Shown here in pieces: positions 11,811 to 24,334 of a DNA stretch of 64,000 nucleotides. The first letter of the stretch is position 1. Each line of letters begins with the position of its first letter. Where the stretch lies: positions 116,686,001 to 116,750,000 of the forward strand of contig NC_086107.1 of assembly GCF_963921235.1 (NCBI RefSeq), read 5' to 3'. The position numbers were made by a program, and so were the translations under genes. This DNA comes from Mobula hypostoma (taxonomy: Eukaryota). Below the pieces are notes generated by a model. It saw nothing but the letters and a program-made list of their open reading frames with translations, had not been told where the DNA came from and did no database searches.

Positions 11811-14275
11811 CAAGTTAAGTTTATTGTCATTTAACTACATACACATACATAACGTATATAATCATATAATGGATAAAGAAACAAGATAGTGTTTCTCCAA
11901 ACGAGGGTGAAAAGCACAATAGTACACATAACACGCACAAACTTATGAAGGTAAGGATAAAATCTACAGATGAATCACACATAAATAACAAACTAAAGTG
12001 CATTAATATTAAATATTGTAAGGTACAGAACAGATTAACCAGTGACACTTCGAATACGATGTGGTTGGGAGTTCAAAGCCTAATGGCCTTGGGTTTTTAT
12101 GCACTGCCTGATGGTAGAAAATCAACCAGGATGCTGGATGCATGGGTGGGATCCTTAATATTATTAAAGGCCCTGCATATGCTTTACCCCTCTTTAAGAA
12201 GGGAGAAAAACAAAAGAGAGGAAATTATAGGCCAGTTAGCCTAACCTCGGTGGTTGGGAAAGTATTGGAGTCATTATTAAGGATAAGGTTTTGGGGTACT
12301 TGGAGACTAATGATAAAGCAAGTCAAAGTCAGCATGGTTTCTGTAAAGGGAACTCTTGCCTGACAAATCTGTTAGAATTCTTTGAGGAAGTAACATACAG
12401 GGTGGACAAAGGAGAGGTGGTGGATGTCATTTACTTGGATTTTCAGAAGGCATTTGATAAGGTGCCACACATGAAGCTGCTTAACAAGGTAAAATCCTAT
12501 GGTGTTTCAGGAAATATACTGGCATGGATAGAGGAATGGCTGACGGGCAGGAGGCAGCAAGTGGGAATGAAAGGGGCCTTTTCTGATTGGCTGCCAGTGT
12601 CTAGTGGTGTTCCTCAGGGGTTGGTATTGGGACTGCTACTTTTCACATTGTTTGTCAGTGATTTAGATACTGGAATTGCTGGCTTTGTGGCAAAGTTTGC
12701 AGATGATACGAAGATAGGTGCAGAGGGGTAAGTAGTGCTGAGGAAGCAATGCTTAGACAGCAGGACTTAAACAAATTGGAAGAATGGGCAAAAAAGTGGC
12801 AGATGGAATTCAGTGTTGGGAAATGTATGATAATGCGGAGTATTATCTAAATGGGGAGAAGGTTCAAACATAAGAGGTGCAAAGGGACTTTGGACTCATC
12901 GTGCAAGACTCACAGATGGTTAATACACAGCTTGAGTCTGTGGTAAAGAAGGCAAATGCATGTTGGCATTTGTATCAAGGGGAATAGAATATAAAAATAA
13001 AGAGATAATGCTGAGGCTTTACAAGATATTAGTCAGGCCACACTTGGAGTATTGTCAACAGTTTTGGGTCCCTTAACTCAGAAAGGATGTATTGTCTTTG
13101 GAGAGAGTCCTGAGGAGATTCACGAGGATAATTCTGAGAATGAAGTGGTTAAATATGAGGGTGTCTAGCAGCTTTGGGCCTGTACTCACTGGAATTTAGA
13201 AGAATTGGGGGGATCTCATTGAAACCCGCCGAATGTTGAAAGGACTAGATTGGATGGATGTGGAGAGGATGTTTCCTATGGTGGAGGTATCCAGCTCTAA
13301 AGGACACAGCCTCAAAATTGAGGTGTGACCTTTTAGAATAGAATTTCTTTTTAGCCAAAGAGTGGTGGATCTGTGGAATGCCCTTGACTGTGGTGGAGGT
13401 CAAGTCTGAGGGCATATTTAAAGCAGAAGTTGATAGATTCGTGATTGGTTGGGGCATCAAGAGATACAGTAAGAGGGCAGGTGTATGGGATTGAACGGGA
13501 TTCAGGATCAACCGTGATGAAATGGTGGAGCTGACTTGATGGGCTGAGTGGCCTAATTTTGCTCCTATGTCTTATGGTCTTATGGTACACAGTGCTCCTG
13601 ATAAATGTCCCTGATGGATGGTAACCCCTATGATCCTATCAACTGTTCTCACAGTCCTTTGTAGGGGCTTCTGGTCGAATGCTCGACTGCTCCCATACCA
13701 GATGGAGATGCAACTTGTCAGGATGGTCTCAATGGTGCTCCTGTACACGCAGTTAAGATGGGGTTGGAGGGAGCCTGGCTTGCCTCAATCTTTTACCAAG
13801 TGGAGGCACTGCTGTGCTTTCTCATTCAGAGATGTGATATTAAGGGACCGGGTGAGATCATCTGTGATATGAACGCTCAAGAACTTGGAGCATTTAACTC
13901 TCTCTGTGGAGAAGCTGTGTATTCACAGAGCGGGGTGGTTCATCTGCACCTTCCTGAAATCCACAATGAGTTTTGTTGTCTTCTCCTTGTTCAGGCTACA
14001 CTTATTCTTCTCACAGCAATCCACCAACCACTCCACTTCCTCTCCATACTCCATCTCGTCATCATTCTCGATAAGGCCAACCACTGTTGTATCATCTGCA
14101 AACCTGATGACATATCTGAGCTGCATCTTATGACAGTCGTGCATCGGCAGTGTGAACAGCAGTGGGCTGAGCACACAGCCTTGGGGAGTGCCTGTACTCA
14201 CTGTAATAGGACTAAGACGTTGCTGCCCACATAGACTGACTGTGGCTTTACTGTTAACAAGTCCAGTATCCAATT
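11811..14275 (-). mobile_element. Rex1/Babar-type LINE (RT to 3' end), split by the CR1 at ~12185-13585
   Basis: TGTPQGCVLSPLLFTL...RFADDTTVVGLI...KTTKLIVDFRK (13923-14273). Confidence 0.8.
12185..13585 (+). mobile_element. CR1 LINE fragment (RT to 3' tail)
   Basis: [28 protein letters not shown]; (tcttatgg)2 tail. Confidence 0.88.
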
Positions 14276-14632
14276 GGCAGAACCTTGTTCTATCTCAATG
14301 CACTGGGTAATGATCTATTCAGAATGAACAGTGTGTAAGACAAGATTTTCACTGTATTTCTATACACGTGACAATAAGCAACCAGTTCCAGTTTCATATT
14401 ATTGTTGTCTTATACAATGACAAATTTGTTGTTTTACAAAAACATAAACATTGCTATAAATTGTAAAGTAAATAAATAGTGCAAAAGATGAATACCAAGG
14501 TAATGTTCATGGGTTCATGAACCTTATGGAAATCTGGTGACAGAGGGGAATTGTTGAATGTGGCTCTTCACGCCCTTTTCCTCCTCCCCGTTGGCAATAA
14601 TGAGAAGAGAGCATGTCCTGGATGGTGAGGGG

Positions 14633-14730
14633 CCTCAGTGGTGGATACCATCGTGAAGAATTCCTCAGTGATGGATACCATTGTGAAGAATTCCTCAGTG
14701 ATGGATACCATTGTGAAGAATTCTTCAGTG
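14633..14730. repeat. 30-bp tandem triplication inside a Rex1-like fragment (minus, ~14380-14890)
   Basis: cctcagtgatggataccatYgtgaagaatt x3; the host encodes HHPGHALFSLLPTGRR. Confidence 0.8.
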
Positions 14731-14969
14731 GCCTGGAGAGTTGCCCAGACTGGAGCTGGCTGGCTGTACAACCGTCTGCAGCCTTTTCTGATCCTGTGTT
14801 TTGGAGCCTCCGTACCAAGCGGCAATGCGAGTAGTGAGAAAGCTCTCTACTGTACGTCTGTAAGATTATCTGGATGTTTTAAACTTTGCTAATGTGCTGC
14901 CTTAACCAGTAGTCTGGCAGCTGTTTCACTCTCTGTGTGATGAAGTAGCCCCTGATGTCCCTTTTAAAT

Positions 14970-15550
14970 AGAGTCACAGAGTGCAGAAAAGTTCAGCACA
15001 GAAGCAGAGCCTTTGGCTCATCTCCATGCAGAACCATTTCAACTGCCTAGTTCCATTGATCCGCACCTGGACCATAGTCCTCCTTACCCCTATCAATGTA
15101 CCTATCCAAAGTTCTTTCAAACACTGAGATCTACTTGTGCTGGCAGCTCGTTCCACTCTGAGAGAAGAAGTTTCCTCAAGTCCGGGTGACATCCTAGTAA
15201 ATCATTTCCGCATTCTCCGTAGTTTGATAACATCTTTTCTATAGCAGGGCGACCAAAACTGTACAGAAAACTCTGAGTGGCCTCACCAACACCTCATACA
15301 ACTGGCCACATACCTGAACCCCTCAGTCCCTCGGTTCTACAACACTTCCCAGTCCCCTGCTGTTGCTGGTGAAAATCCCACCCTGGTTTGTCTTCCCAAA
15401 ATGCAACATCTCGCACTTATCAGAGTTAAACTCCATTTGCCATTCGATGGCCCACTTCCCACTTGATCAAGATCCCCCTGTAAACCCTGATAACCATCTT
15501 TACTGATAGCCCCAGCACATATTGTAATATCATTTGTAAACTTACTAACG
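14970..15550 (-). mobile_element. Degraded CR1 fragment
   Basis: Reverse complement resembles the CR1 RT C-terminus and 3' UTR. Confidence 0.6.
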
Positions 15551-15735
15551 GCTTTCTCCCCTCAGGTTGGGTGACAATAGAGCTAGAGGTTAAGAGTGAA
15601 ATGTGAAATACTTAGCAAAACCTGAGGGGGGGCTCCTTCAGTCAGAGAGGGTGTGAGTGTGAAACAAGCTGCCTGCAGAAGACGTGGATACAGATTTGAT
15701 TGTAATATTTAAGAGAAGTTTAGATAGGTACATGG

Positions 15736-16276
15736 CAGACATCCCACCCTGCAAAAACTCATTTCAGGGAGGTAGCATCATCAATTTGCGGGAGACTTCT
15801 GGGAGAGGTGGGATATCTGCAATAGAGTAGCTCCTTAGCAGCTGGTCAGCTAGTTTAAATAACGTTAGCTATGCTAATGAACGAATGACACCTGTTAAAC
15901 TCACCTCAACATGTCTGTTACAGTCTTAACCCACCATGGGCAATGGAAAAGTCACTGTTGCAAACAGTGCAGCGAGCAACACTGTCATTATTTTTGACCC
16001 CTATTAGGCAGGGGTACACTTTAGTGTAGTCCGGGGTGATGTAAGTTTTATATTTTCTTTTTTTGGAACACTCTGCCATGGCGCACTCTCGCTCGCGCTC
16101 TCTCATGGTCGCTCGCGTGCTCTTTCTCGCTTTCTCTCTCCCGCTCTCGCTTGCTTTCTCTCGCTTGCTCTCAAAAAAATTGATTTCCGCAATATTGTGT
16201 ATCATTTGCGGGCATCAGGGAGCCGCTATTAATATGCGGGAGACTCCCGGAACTTCCAGGAGAGGTGGGATGTCCG
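15736..16276 (-). mobile_element. Non-autonomous hAT-like DNA transposon, copy 1, with BED-finger remnant
   Basis: TIRs CAGACATCCCACC / GGTGGGATGTCCG; minus-strand MAECSKKRKY...ARCTVCNSDFSIAHGG; inserted in a CR1 3' end. Confidence 0.8.
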
Positions 16277-16515
16277 ACACGGGGGAGGGATATGGAAGGC
16301 TATGGCCTGGATGTAGGTCGATAGTACGAGGCTGAAGACCAAGTTGGCAGACTAGATGGGCCGAAGGGTTGGTTTCTGTGTGATACATTCTCATTGAAAC
16401 TGTTGATATAGATGACAATTACCAATGGGCCCTGCACCGAATCCCAGGGAACACCACTAGACGTGGATTTCCAGTCCGAGTCACAGTGTGTTAGGCCTGA
16501 AGTTGTTCACACTGT

Positions 16516-19005
16516 TGTAATATTGATGTGACTCGGACACCGATGTAGATTGAACAACCAACGTTTATTCACCAGACTTCCATTTTTTTAAACCCTTTTT
16601 CCATGTCCTGACGTCATACGCACTCTGATGCTACGAATACTCACACAATACATTACATTCCCCTTCTCAAGATTCTTTTTACAACACTGTGAATTACCAA
16701 AACAATGCCTCTAGGTATGCCCTTCTCACAGTGCAACAACTATGACAGAAACTAAAAAAACCTTACCTTCTTGTACTGTATTCTGCATTGTATTTTACAA
16801 TACTAACAGCAGTGTGTTTTCTTTTACTAACATAGACTAATAAACCTTTTATTTCACACCTTGGAACTTATGACATGTGTGACTTTGCCTCAAACTGTAT
16901 GTCTAATCTCTGTAACTAGCTGGAAGTTTGACTTGTCTCCCAGACTGTGTGTGATACAACTGTGACTGTGCTTGTCCTTCATCCGTGTCAGTCTCTCGAG
17001 GAACCTCTGTGTCTTTGTGGTCTGCATCACTCTTGGTGTCGTTTGTTTCCGTGTCTGTATATGTGGAAATGCCCTGTGCATCTGTACGTGGAAACTCAAT
17101 CTGGCCTGTCTTCAATCATTTGTGCCACGGATCTCTGGAATACCTCTGATGCAGAAGAAATCCCAAAGGGTAGACGCAGGAAACGGTATCTCCCTATGGG
17201 TGTGTTGAAAGTGCATAATTTGGAACTTTCTTCATCCAGCTTGATCTGCCAGAAGCCTTGATTTGCGTCTAATACTGAAAAGTATTTTGCATTAGGCATG
17301 CGGGAGACAACCCCTTCAACTGTGAGCAGCGGATAGTGCTCTCTTTTGATGGTTTGGTTGAGATCTTGTGGATCCATGCAAATCCTCGTCTTTTTTTCTG
17401 TGACCACTGTCACCATACTATTCACCCAGTCGGTCGGTTCTATTTGTCTTGTTATGACTCCCGTCTGTTCCATTCTGTGTAGCTCCTCCACTACTCGATC
17501 CCTGAGAGCTACTGGAATCTTTCTCGGGGAATGCATGACTGGTGCAATAGTTAAATCAATCTTGATATGGTGTTTCCCTGGTAAACATCCTAATCCAGAA
17601 AACAAGTCATCAAAGTCTTTGAGAATGTCATTTTCTTTTTCAACATCATAGATTCGCTTCACCAGGCCTAGCTTTGTGCATGTTGCTTTACCCAATATTG
17701 CGGAAACATGTTGCCGCACTATTTCAAACTTGATCTTGTATTGTTGACCTTTGTACACACAGGTGAGTGCTTTTTTGCCTAGTGGCGCCGTCTTGTGGCC
17801 GAAATATGCAACAAGCTTGCAGGTGGATTTTTCCAGTCTTCCTCTGATGTCCAGTGAGTTGAATGTTTCTGCTGACATTACATTGCACTTTGCCCCAGTG
17901 TCAAGCTTAAATGTCACATCCCTCCTGTTTATTATCAGATCTTGGGTCCAATCATCTTCATCCTCCATCTCTGCCTTGTCAATATTCTTGATGCATACCT
18001 CCTGTTCCACTTCAACTGTGCCAATGAACATGTCACTGTTGCCCTCACTCTGTTCCACAACATGCATTTTCCTTGGTGCTCCTTCGATTTGCACATCTTT
18101 GCAAAGTGATTTCTTTTCTGGCATAACTTGCATGTCTGACCAAAGGCTGGACATTTTCTGTATCCATGTTTATAACCAGATCTATTGCAGTTAACTTCCT
18201 TTTGATCATCCTGTGGAGCTGGCTTTGTCCTACTCTTGTCAGTTTTCACAGTTTTTATTTTGTGCACTTCAATCTCTTCATTGAGCACTTTAACCTGACT
18301 TGACGTGATCTCGCTGGCACGGCAAACATCAATCGCCTTTTCTAATGTAAGATCCGCCTCTCTCAATAGCCTGCCTCTCACTTGATCATCCCGTATGCCG
18401 CATACAATCCTGTCACGTATTAAAGAGCCATGCAGCTGTCCGAACTCACAGTCTTTTGCCTTGCTCTTCAAATCTGTTACGTGGGCGTCTATGGTCTCCG
18501 TTGGTCGTTGAGCCCTCGTGAAAAACTGGTGTCGGATGAACGGTAAGTTTTTTCTCGGTTCGCAGTAATCTTGAAAATTTTTTTCAACACTTCAATTTTT
18601 TTTTGCTCATCATCTTGGAAGACAAACGTGTTGCAAACCTTTTTTGCCTCTTCTCCCGCTAAGTGCAGAAACGTGGCACATTGCACTTTCTCCGTCTTTT
18701 CAGCTACGCCGCCAGCGGTGCAAAACAGCTCAAACTTCTGGGTCCATATTTTCCAGTTCTCAGCAAGATTACCTTGTCGGCTTAAACTTGACCGTGGCTG
18801 TAACTGTGACATCTTTTACGTGTCTTCTCTTCCTTTTTACTTTTTGCGTTTTCTTCTGACACCATGTAATGTTGATGTGACTCGGACACCGATGTAGATT
18901 GAACAACCAACCTTTATTCACCAGACTTCCATTCTTTAAACCCTTTTTCCACGTCCTGACGTCATACGCACTCTGATGCTATGAATACTCACACAATACA
19001 TTACA
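16516..19005 (-). mobile_element. Internally deleted Gypsy (Mag-type) LTR retrotransposon, 2490 bp
   Basis: LTRs 16516-16657 and 18865-19005 (TGTAAT...ATTACA); 5-bp TSD ACTGT at 16511-16515 and 19006-19010; PBS TGGTGTCAGAAG; PPT AGAAGGGGAA; gag, protease LDTGA and partial RT. Confidence 0.95.
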
Positions 19006-22000
19006 ACTGTGTTAGGCTGAAGCTGTTCACAGTGTGTTAGCCTGAAGCTGTTCACAGTGTGTTAGCCTGAAGCTGTTCACAGTCTGTTAGGCCTGAAGCT
19101 GTTCACAGTGTGTTAGCCTGAAGCTGTTCACAGTGTGTTAGCCTGAAGCTGTTCACAGTCTGTTAGGCCTGAAACTGTTCACAGTGTGTTAGCCTGAAGC
19201 TGTTCACAGTGTGTCAGGCCTGAAGCTGTTCACAGTGTGTCAGGCCTGAAGCTGTTCACAGTCTGTTAGGCCTGAAGCTGTTCACAGTGTGTCAGGCCTG
19301 AAGCTGTTCACAGTGTGTTAGCCTGAAGCTGTTCACAGTGTGTTAGCCTGAAGCTGTTCACAGTGTGTTAGGCTGAAGCTGTTCACAGTGTGTCAAGCCT
19401 GAAGCTGTTCACAGTCTGTTAGGCCTGAAGCTGTTCACAGTGTGTTAGCCTGAAGCTGTTCACAGTGTGTTAGCCTGAAGCTGTTCACAGTGTGTCAAGC
19501 CTGAAGCTGTTCACAGTGTGTTAGGCTGAAGCTCTTCACAGTCTGTTAGGCCTGAAGCTGTTCACAGTGTGTTAGGCCTGAAGCTGTTCACAATGTGTTA
19601 GCCTGAAGCTGTTCACAATGTGTTAGCCTGAAGCTGTTCACAGTGTGTTAGCCTGAAGCTGTTCACAGTGTGTCAGGCCTGAAGCTGTTCACAGTGTGTT
19701 AGCCTGAAGCTGTTCACAGTCTGTTAGGCCTGAAGCTGTTCACAATGTGTTAGCCTGAAGCTGTTCACAGTGTGTTAGCCTGAAGCTGTTCACAGTCTGT
19801 TAGGCCTGAAGCTGTTCACAGTGTGTCAGGCCTGAAGCTGTTCACAATGTGTTAGCCTGAAGCTGTTCACAGTCTGTTAGGCCTGAAGCTGTTCACAGTG
19901 TGTCAGGCCTGAAGCTGTTCACAATGTGTTAGCCTGAAGCTGTTCACAGTGTGTTAGCCTGAAGCTGTTCACAGTGTGTCAGGCCTGAAGCTGTTCACAG
20001 TGTGTTAGCCTGAAGCTGTTCACAGTGTGTCAGGCCTGAAGCTGTTCACAGTGTGTCAGGCCTGAAGCTGTTCACAGTGTGTTAGGCTGAAGCTGTTCAC
20101 AGTCTGTTAGGCCTGAAGCTGTTCACAGTGTGTTAGCCTGAAGCTGTTCACAGTCTGTTAGGCCTGAAGCTGTTCACAGTGTGTTAGCCTGAAGCTGTTC
20201 ACAGTGTGTTAGGCTGAAGCTGTTCACAGTCTGTTAGGCCTGAAGCTGTTCACAGTGTGTTAGGCTGAAGCTGTTCACAGTCTGTTAGGCCTGAAGCTGT
20301 TCACAGTCTGTTAGGCCTGAAGCTGTTCACAGTGTGTTAGGCTGAAGCTGTTCACAGTGTGTCAGGCCTGAAGCTGTTCACAGTGTGTTAGGCTGAAGCT
20401 GTTCACAGTGTGTTAGCCTGAAGCTGTTCACAGTGTGTCAGGCCTGAAGCTGTTCACAGTGTGTCAGGCCTGAAGCTGTTCACAGTGTGTTAGGCTGAAG
20501 CTGTTCACAGTGTGTCAGGCCTGAAGCTGTTCACAGTGTGTTAGGCTGAAGCTGTTCACAGTGTGTCAGGCCTGAAGCTGTTCACAGTGTGTTAGGCTGA
20601 AGCTGTTCACAGTCTGTTAGGCCTGAAGCTGTTCACAGTGTGTTAGCCTGAAGCTGTTCACAGTCTGTTAGGCCTGAAGCTGTTCACAGTGTGTTAGCCT
20701 GAAGCTGTTCACAGTGTGTCAGGCCTGAAGCTGTTCACAGTGTGTTAGCCTGAAGCTGTTCACAGTGTGTCAGGCCTGAAGCTGTTCACAGTCTGTTAGG
20801 CCTGAAGCTGTTCACAGTGTGTTAGCCTGAAGCTGTTCACAGTCTGTTAGGCCTGAAGCTGTTCACAATGTGTTAGGCTGAAGCTATTCACAGTCTGTTA
20901 GGCCTGAAGCTGTTCACAGTGTGTTAGCCTGAAGCTGTTCACAGTCTGTCAGGCCTGAAGCTGTTCACAGTGTGTCAGGCCTGAAGCTATTCACAGTGTG
21001 TTAGCCTGAAGCTGTTCACAGTGTGTCAGGCCTGAAGCTGTTCACAGTGTGTTAGCCTGAAGCTGTTCACAGTCTGTTAGGCCTGAAGCTGTCCACAGTG
21101 TGTCAGGCCTGAAGCTGTTCACAGTGTGTTAGGCTGAAGCTGTTCACAGTGTGTTAGTCTGAAGCTGTTCACAGTGTGTTGGGCTGAAGCTGTTCACAGT
21201 GTGTTAGCCTGAAGCTGTTCACAGTGTGTCAGGCCTGAAGCTGTTCACAGTATGTTAGGCCTGAAGCTGTTCACAGTCTGTTAGGCTGAAGCTGTTCACA
21301 GTGTGTTAGCCTGAAGCTGTTCACAGTGTGTCAGGCCTGAAGCTATTCACAGTGTGTTAGCCTGAAGCTGTTCACAGTCTGTTAGGCCTGAAGCTGTCCA
21401 CAGTGTGTCAGGCCTGAAGCTGTTCACAGTGTGTTAGGCTGAAGCTGTTCACAGTGTGTTAGTCTGAAGCTGTTCACAGTGTGTTGGGCTGAAGCTGTTC
21501 ACAGTGTGTTAGGCTGAAGCTGTTCACAGTGTGTCAGGCCTGAAGGTGTTCACAGTATGTTAGGCCTGAAGCTGTTCACAGTCTGTTAGGTTGAAGCTGT
21601 TCACAGTGTGTCAGGCCGAAGCTGTTCACAGTGTGTCAGGCCTGAAGCTGTTCACAATGTGTCAGGCCTGAAGCTGTTCATAATGTGTTAGGCTGAAGCT
21701 GTTCACAGTGCAGACATCCCACCCTGCAAAAACTCATTTCAGGGAGGTAGCACCACCAATTTGCGGGAGGCTCCCGGGAGAGGTGTGTGTCTACAATAGA
21801 GTAGCTCCTTAGCAGCTGGCCAGCTAGTTTAAATAACATTAGCTTGCTAATGAACAAATGACACCTGTTAAACTCACCTCAACCTGTTGCAAGCAGTGCA
21901 GTGAGCAACACTGTCATTATTTTTGACCCCTATTAGGCAGGGGTACACTTTAGTGTAGTCTGGGGTGATGTACATTTTATATTTTCCTTGGAACACTCTG

Positions 22001-22237
22001 CAATGGTGCACTCTCGCTCGTGCTCTCCCTCTCACTCGTGGTCGCTCCTGCTTGCTCTCTCTCGCTCTCTCGCTTTCGCTTGTTTGCTCTTGCTCTCTCT
22101 CAAAAAATTTGATTTCCATGATATTGTATATAATTTGCGGGCATCAGGGAGCCGCTATTAATATGCGGGAGACTCCCGGAACTTCCGGGAGAGGTGGGAT
22201 GTCTGCACAGTGTGTTAGCCTGAAGTTGTTCACAATG
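19006..22237. repeat. 25/26-bp minisatellite (about 105 units), first unit at ~16482, interrupted by a MITE at 21711-22205
   Basis: gtgtgttag(g)cctgaagctgttcaca at period 25 (19021, 19046, 19071). Confidence 0.97.
21711..22205 (-). mobile_element. Non-autonomous hAT-like DNA transposon, copy 2
   Basis: Perfect 13-bp TIRs CAGACATCCCACC / GGTGGGATGTCTG; 7-bp TSD CACAGTG; YITPDYTKVYPCLIGVKNNDSVAHCTAC remnant. Confidence 0.85.
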
Positions 22238-22624
22238 CTGTAAGGGCCATCTCTGTTTCCAGACTGTAACCCCCAGCCTGCCATCCCCTCTCCAGAGATA
22301 AAGTCTGATGTCTCACTGTATCCCTCACTGCTCGCAGTACTGGGACCCCTGGATACCAATACCCCCTTTCTTCCCAGCCCCGAAGTGTGGAACCTCATCA
22401 CAGGTAGACAGATACATCTCACGTTGCAACTATGTAAACGTCTGGTTAGGCTGCACTTGGAGTATTGCATTCCGTTCTGGTCGCCCACTACAGTAAGGAT
22501 GTGGGGGCTTCAGAGAGGATTAGAAGGCATGAGTTTGGACAGACTTGGGCTGTTTTCTCTGGAGTGGTGGAGGCTGATGGGAGATTGATAGAGGTTTATA
22601 AGATTATGAGAGGCAGAGAACTGG

Positions 22625-23460
22625 AAAGTTGGCTTACTCTTATCCCGTATACTGAGATACAGTGAAAAACCTGTCCCATATACTGTCCATACAGATCAGA
22701 TCATTACACAGTGCATTGAGGTAGAACAATAATCACAGGGGTGGCATGGTAGCGCATTGATTGGCACAATGCTTTACAGCACAGGCACCCTGAGTTCAAT
22801 TCCCACCATTGCGCGTATGGAATTTGTACATTCTACCCTTGACTGCGTGGGTTTCCTCCCATAATCCAAAGGTGCACCAGCTGGTCATTGTATTAAGTCG
22901 AGGGATTGCTGGGTGGTGTGGCTTGAAGGGCAAACTAACTTTGTGCCGTATTTCAGGAAAATAAATAAATAACAATGCAGAATGAAGTGTTACAGTTACA
23001 GAGAAAGGGCAGTGCAGGTAGACAGTAATGGCAAGGGCTATGATCAGGTAGATTGTGAGATCAAAAATCCATTTTATTGTACAGGGGACTGTTTAGTAAT
23101 CTTATAATGGCAGGGTAGAAGCTGGTGGGATGTGCTTCCAGCCTTTTGTAGTTTCTGCCCGAAGGGAAGAGGAAGAAGGGAGAATGTCCGTGCTGGGAAG
23201 GGGGTCTTTGATTGTGTTGGCTGCTTAAGCGAGGCAGTGGCAAGTGTAGACAGGGTTCGTAGAGGTGGGGCTGGTTCCTGTGATGTGCTGACTGTGTCCA
23301 CAATTCTTGTGGTCATGGGCAGAGCAGTTGCCAGACTGGACAGGACGCCCTCTGTGGAATTGCTGAGGTTCAGTGGGGATATGTAAAATGTATTTCGCCT
23401 CCTGGGGAATTAGAAGTGCTGGTGAGCTTTCTTGGCATGGTATCTACATGGTTGAACCAA
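22625..23460 (-). mobile_element. Rex1/Babar-like LINE 3' fragment hosting the SINE
   Basis: HGHSPFFLFPSGRNYKRL...SFYPAIIRLLN. Confidence 0.65.
22738..22972 (+). mobile_element. tRNA-derived V-SINE (HE1-like), degraded
   Basis: B-box-like gagttcaattcc; V-domain-like ctgcgtgggtttcctccc...tccaaag; (aaat)n tail. Confidence 0.7.
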
Positions 23461-24031
23461 GCCTCTCTGTCCACTCTCTCATCCTGTGCACACTCCCCAT
23501 TCTCCCCCCATGCCGCAACTGATCCCTCCCTGTTTCCCCTCACCACCCACACCCAAAAGAACTTGGATATGGGATATTTGACTCCCCCCTGCAACCCCCT
23601 CCTCAATCTGAGGCATTCGGAGGTTCCTTTGCCCAAGTGAGTGGTCTTCGATAGGGAATCCTGCAGTTCAAAATCGTTGCTTACGTCTGAGGTCAGTGAC
23701 TGGTGTTTAGGAGGCATTGGTCGTGTGTGTGTTTGAGAGCAGCTGTCCATGTTTGACTGTGGTTGCTCACACTTACAAAATGGTGCTGTGGATTTGAGAG
23801 TGGCTGCATGTGTTTGAGCGATGTGCACTTGTCAGAGGCCGTACATTTACGAGTGGCTAGTTGTCTGCATTGGTGAGTGACTTGTGATTGGGTGCAGCAC
23901 TGGTATCTGAGTGTGGTGGCTGGTGTGATTGTGTCTGAGTACAGTTGTGAACAGTTACTCATGTTTGTCTCCGTATGAGCACACTGACCCCTCTCTCTCT
24001 CTCTCTCTCTCTCCACCCCACCCCACTACAG

Positions 24032-24334
24032 TACAGACAGCAGCACACCCTCCTGCACAAGCTGAACGGCATCCTAATGCTGCTGACGTTCTTCGCCTGC
24101 CGAGTAGCCCTCTTCCCCTACCTGTACTGGGCGTACGGGCAGCACACGGGGCTGCCTCTCCACCGTGTGCCCCTAGAACTTCCCTTCCACGTTAACCTGG
24201 CCGCCCTCACCCTGATGGCCCCCCAGCTGTACTGGTTTGCTCTCATCTGCCGTGGGGCACTGCGCCTATTCCGTCGGGGACGCTCCGGACGCCCGCAGAT
24301 CAATGGCTGGGCACCTGGACCTCCCCCCTCCTAA
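24032..24334 (+). CDS. TLCD3B: TLCD3B last coding exon, ending at TAA
   Basis: (CT)n tract plus ctacAG acceptor. Translates YRQQHTLLHKLNGILMLLTFFACRVALFPYLYWAYG...PQLYWFALICRGALRLF...PPS*. Confidence 0.95.
   Translation, partial: YRQQHTLLHKLNGILMLLTFFACRVALFPYLYWAYGQHTGLPLHRVPLELPFHVNLAALTLMAPQLYWFALICRGALRLFRRGRSGRPQINGWAPGPPPS

Noticed and set aside
17096..18812. Functional or domesticated gag-pol
   Set aside because: Frameshifted across three ORFs, with RT truncated before the catalytic YxDD.
19006..21710. CRISPR-like array
   Set aside because: Head-to-tail repeats with no unique spacers, no cas genes, and a vertebrate intronic context.
22738..22810. tRNA gene
   Set aside because: Degenerate head of a SINE followed by a V-domain; no intact cloverleaf seen.
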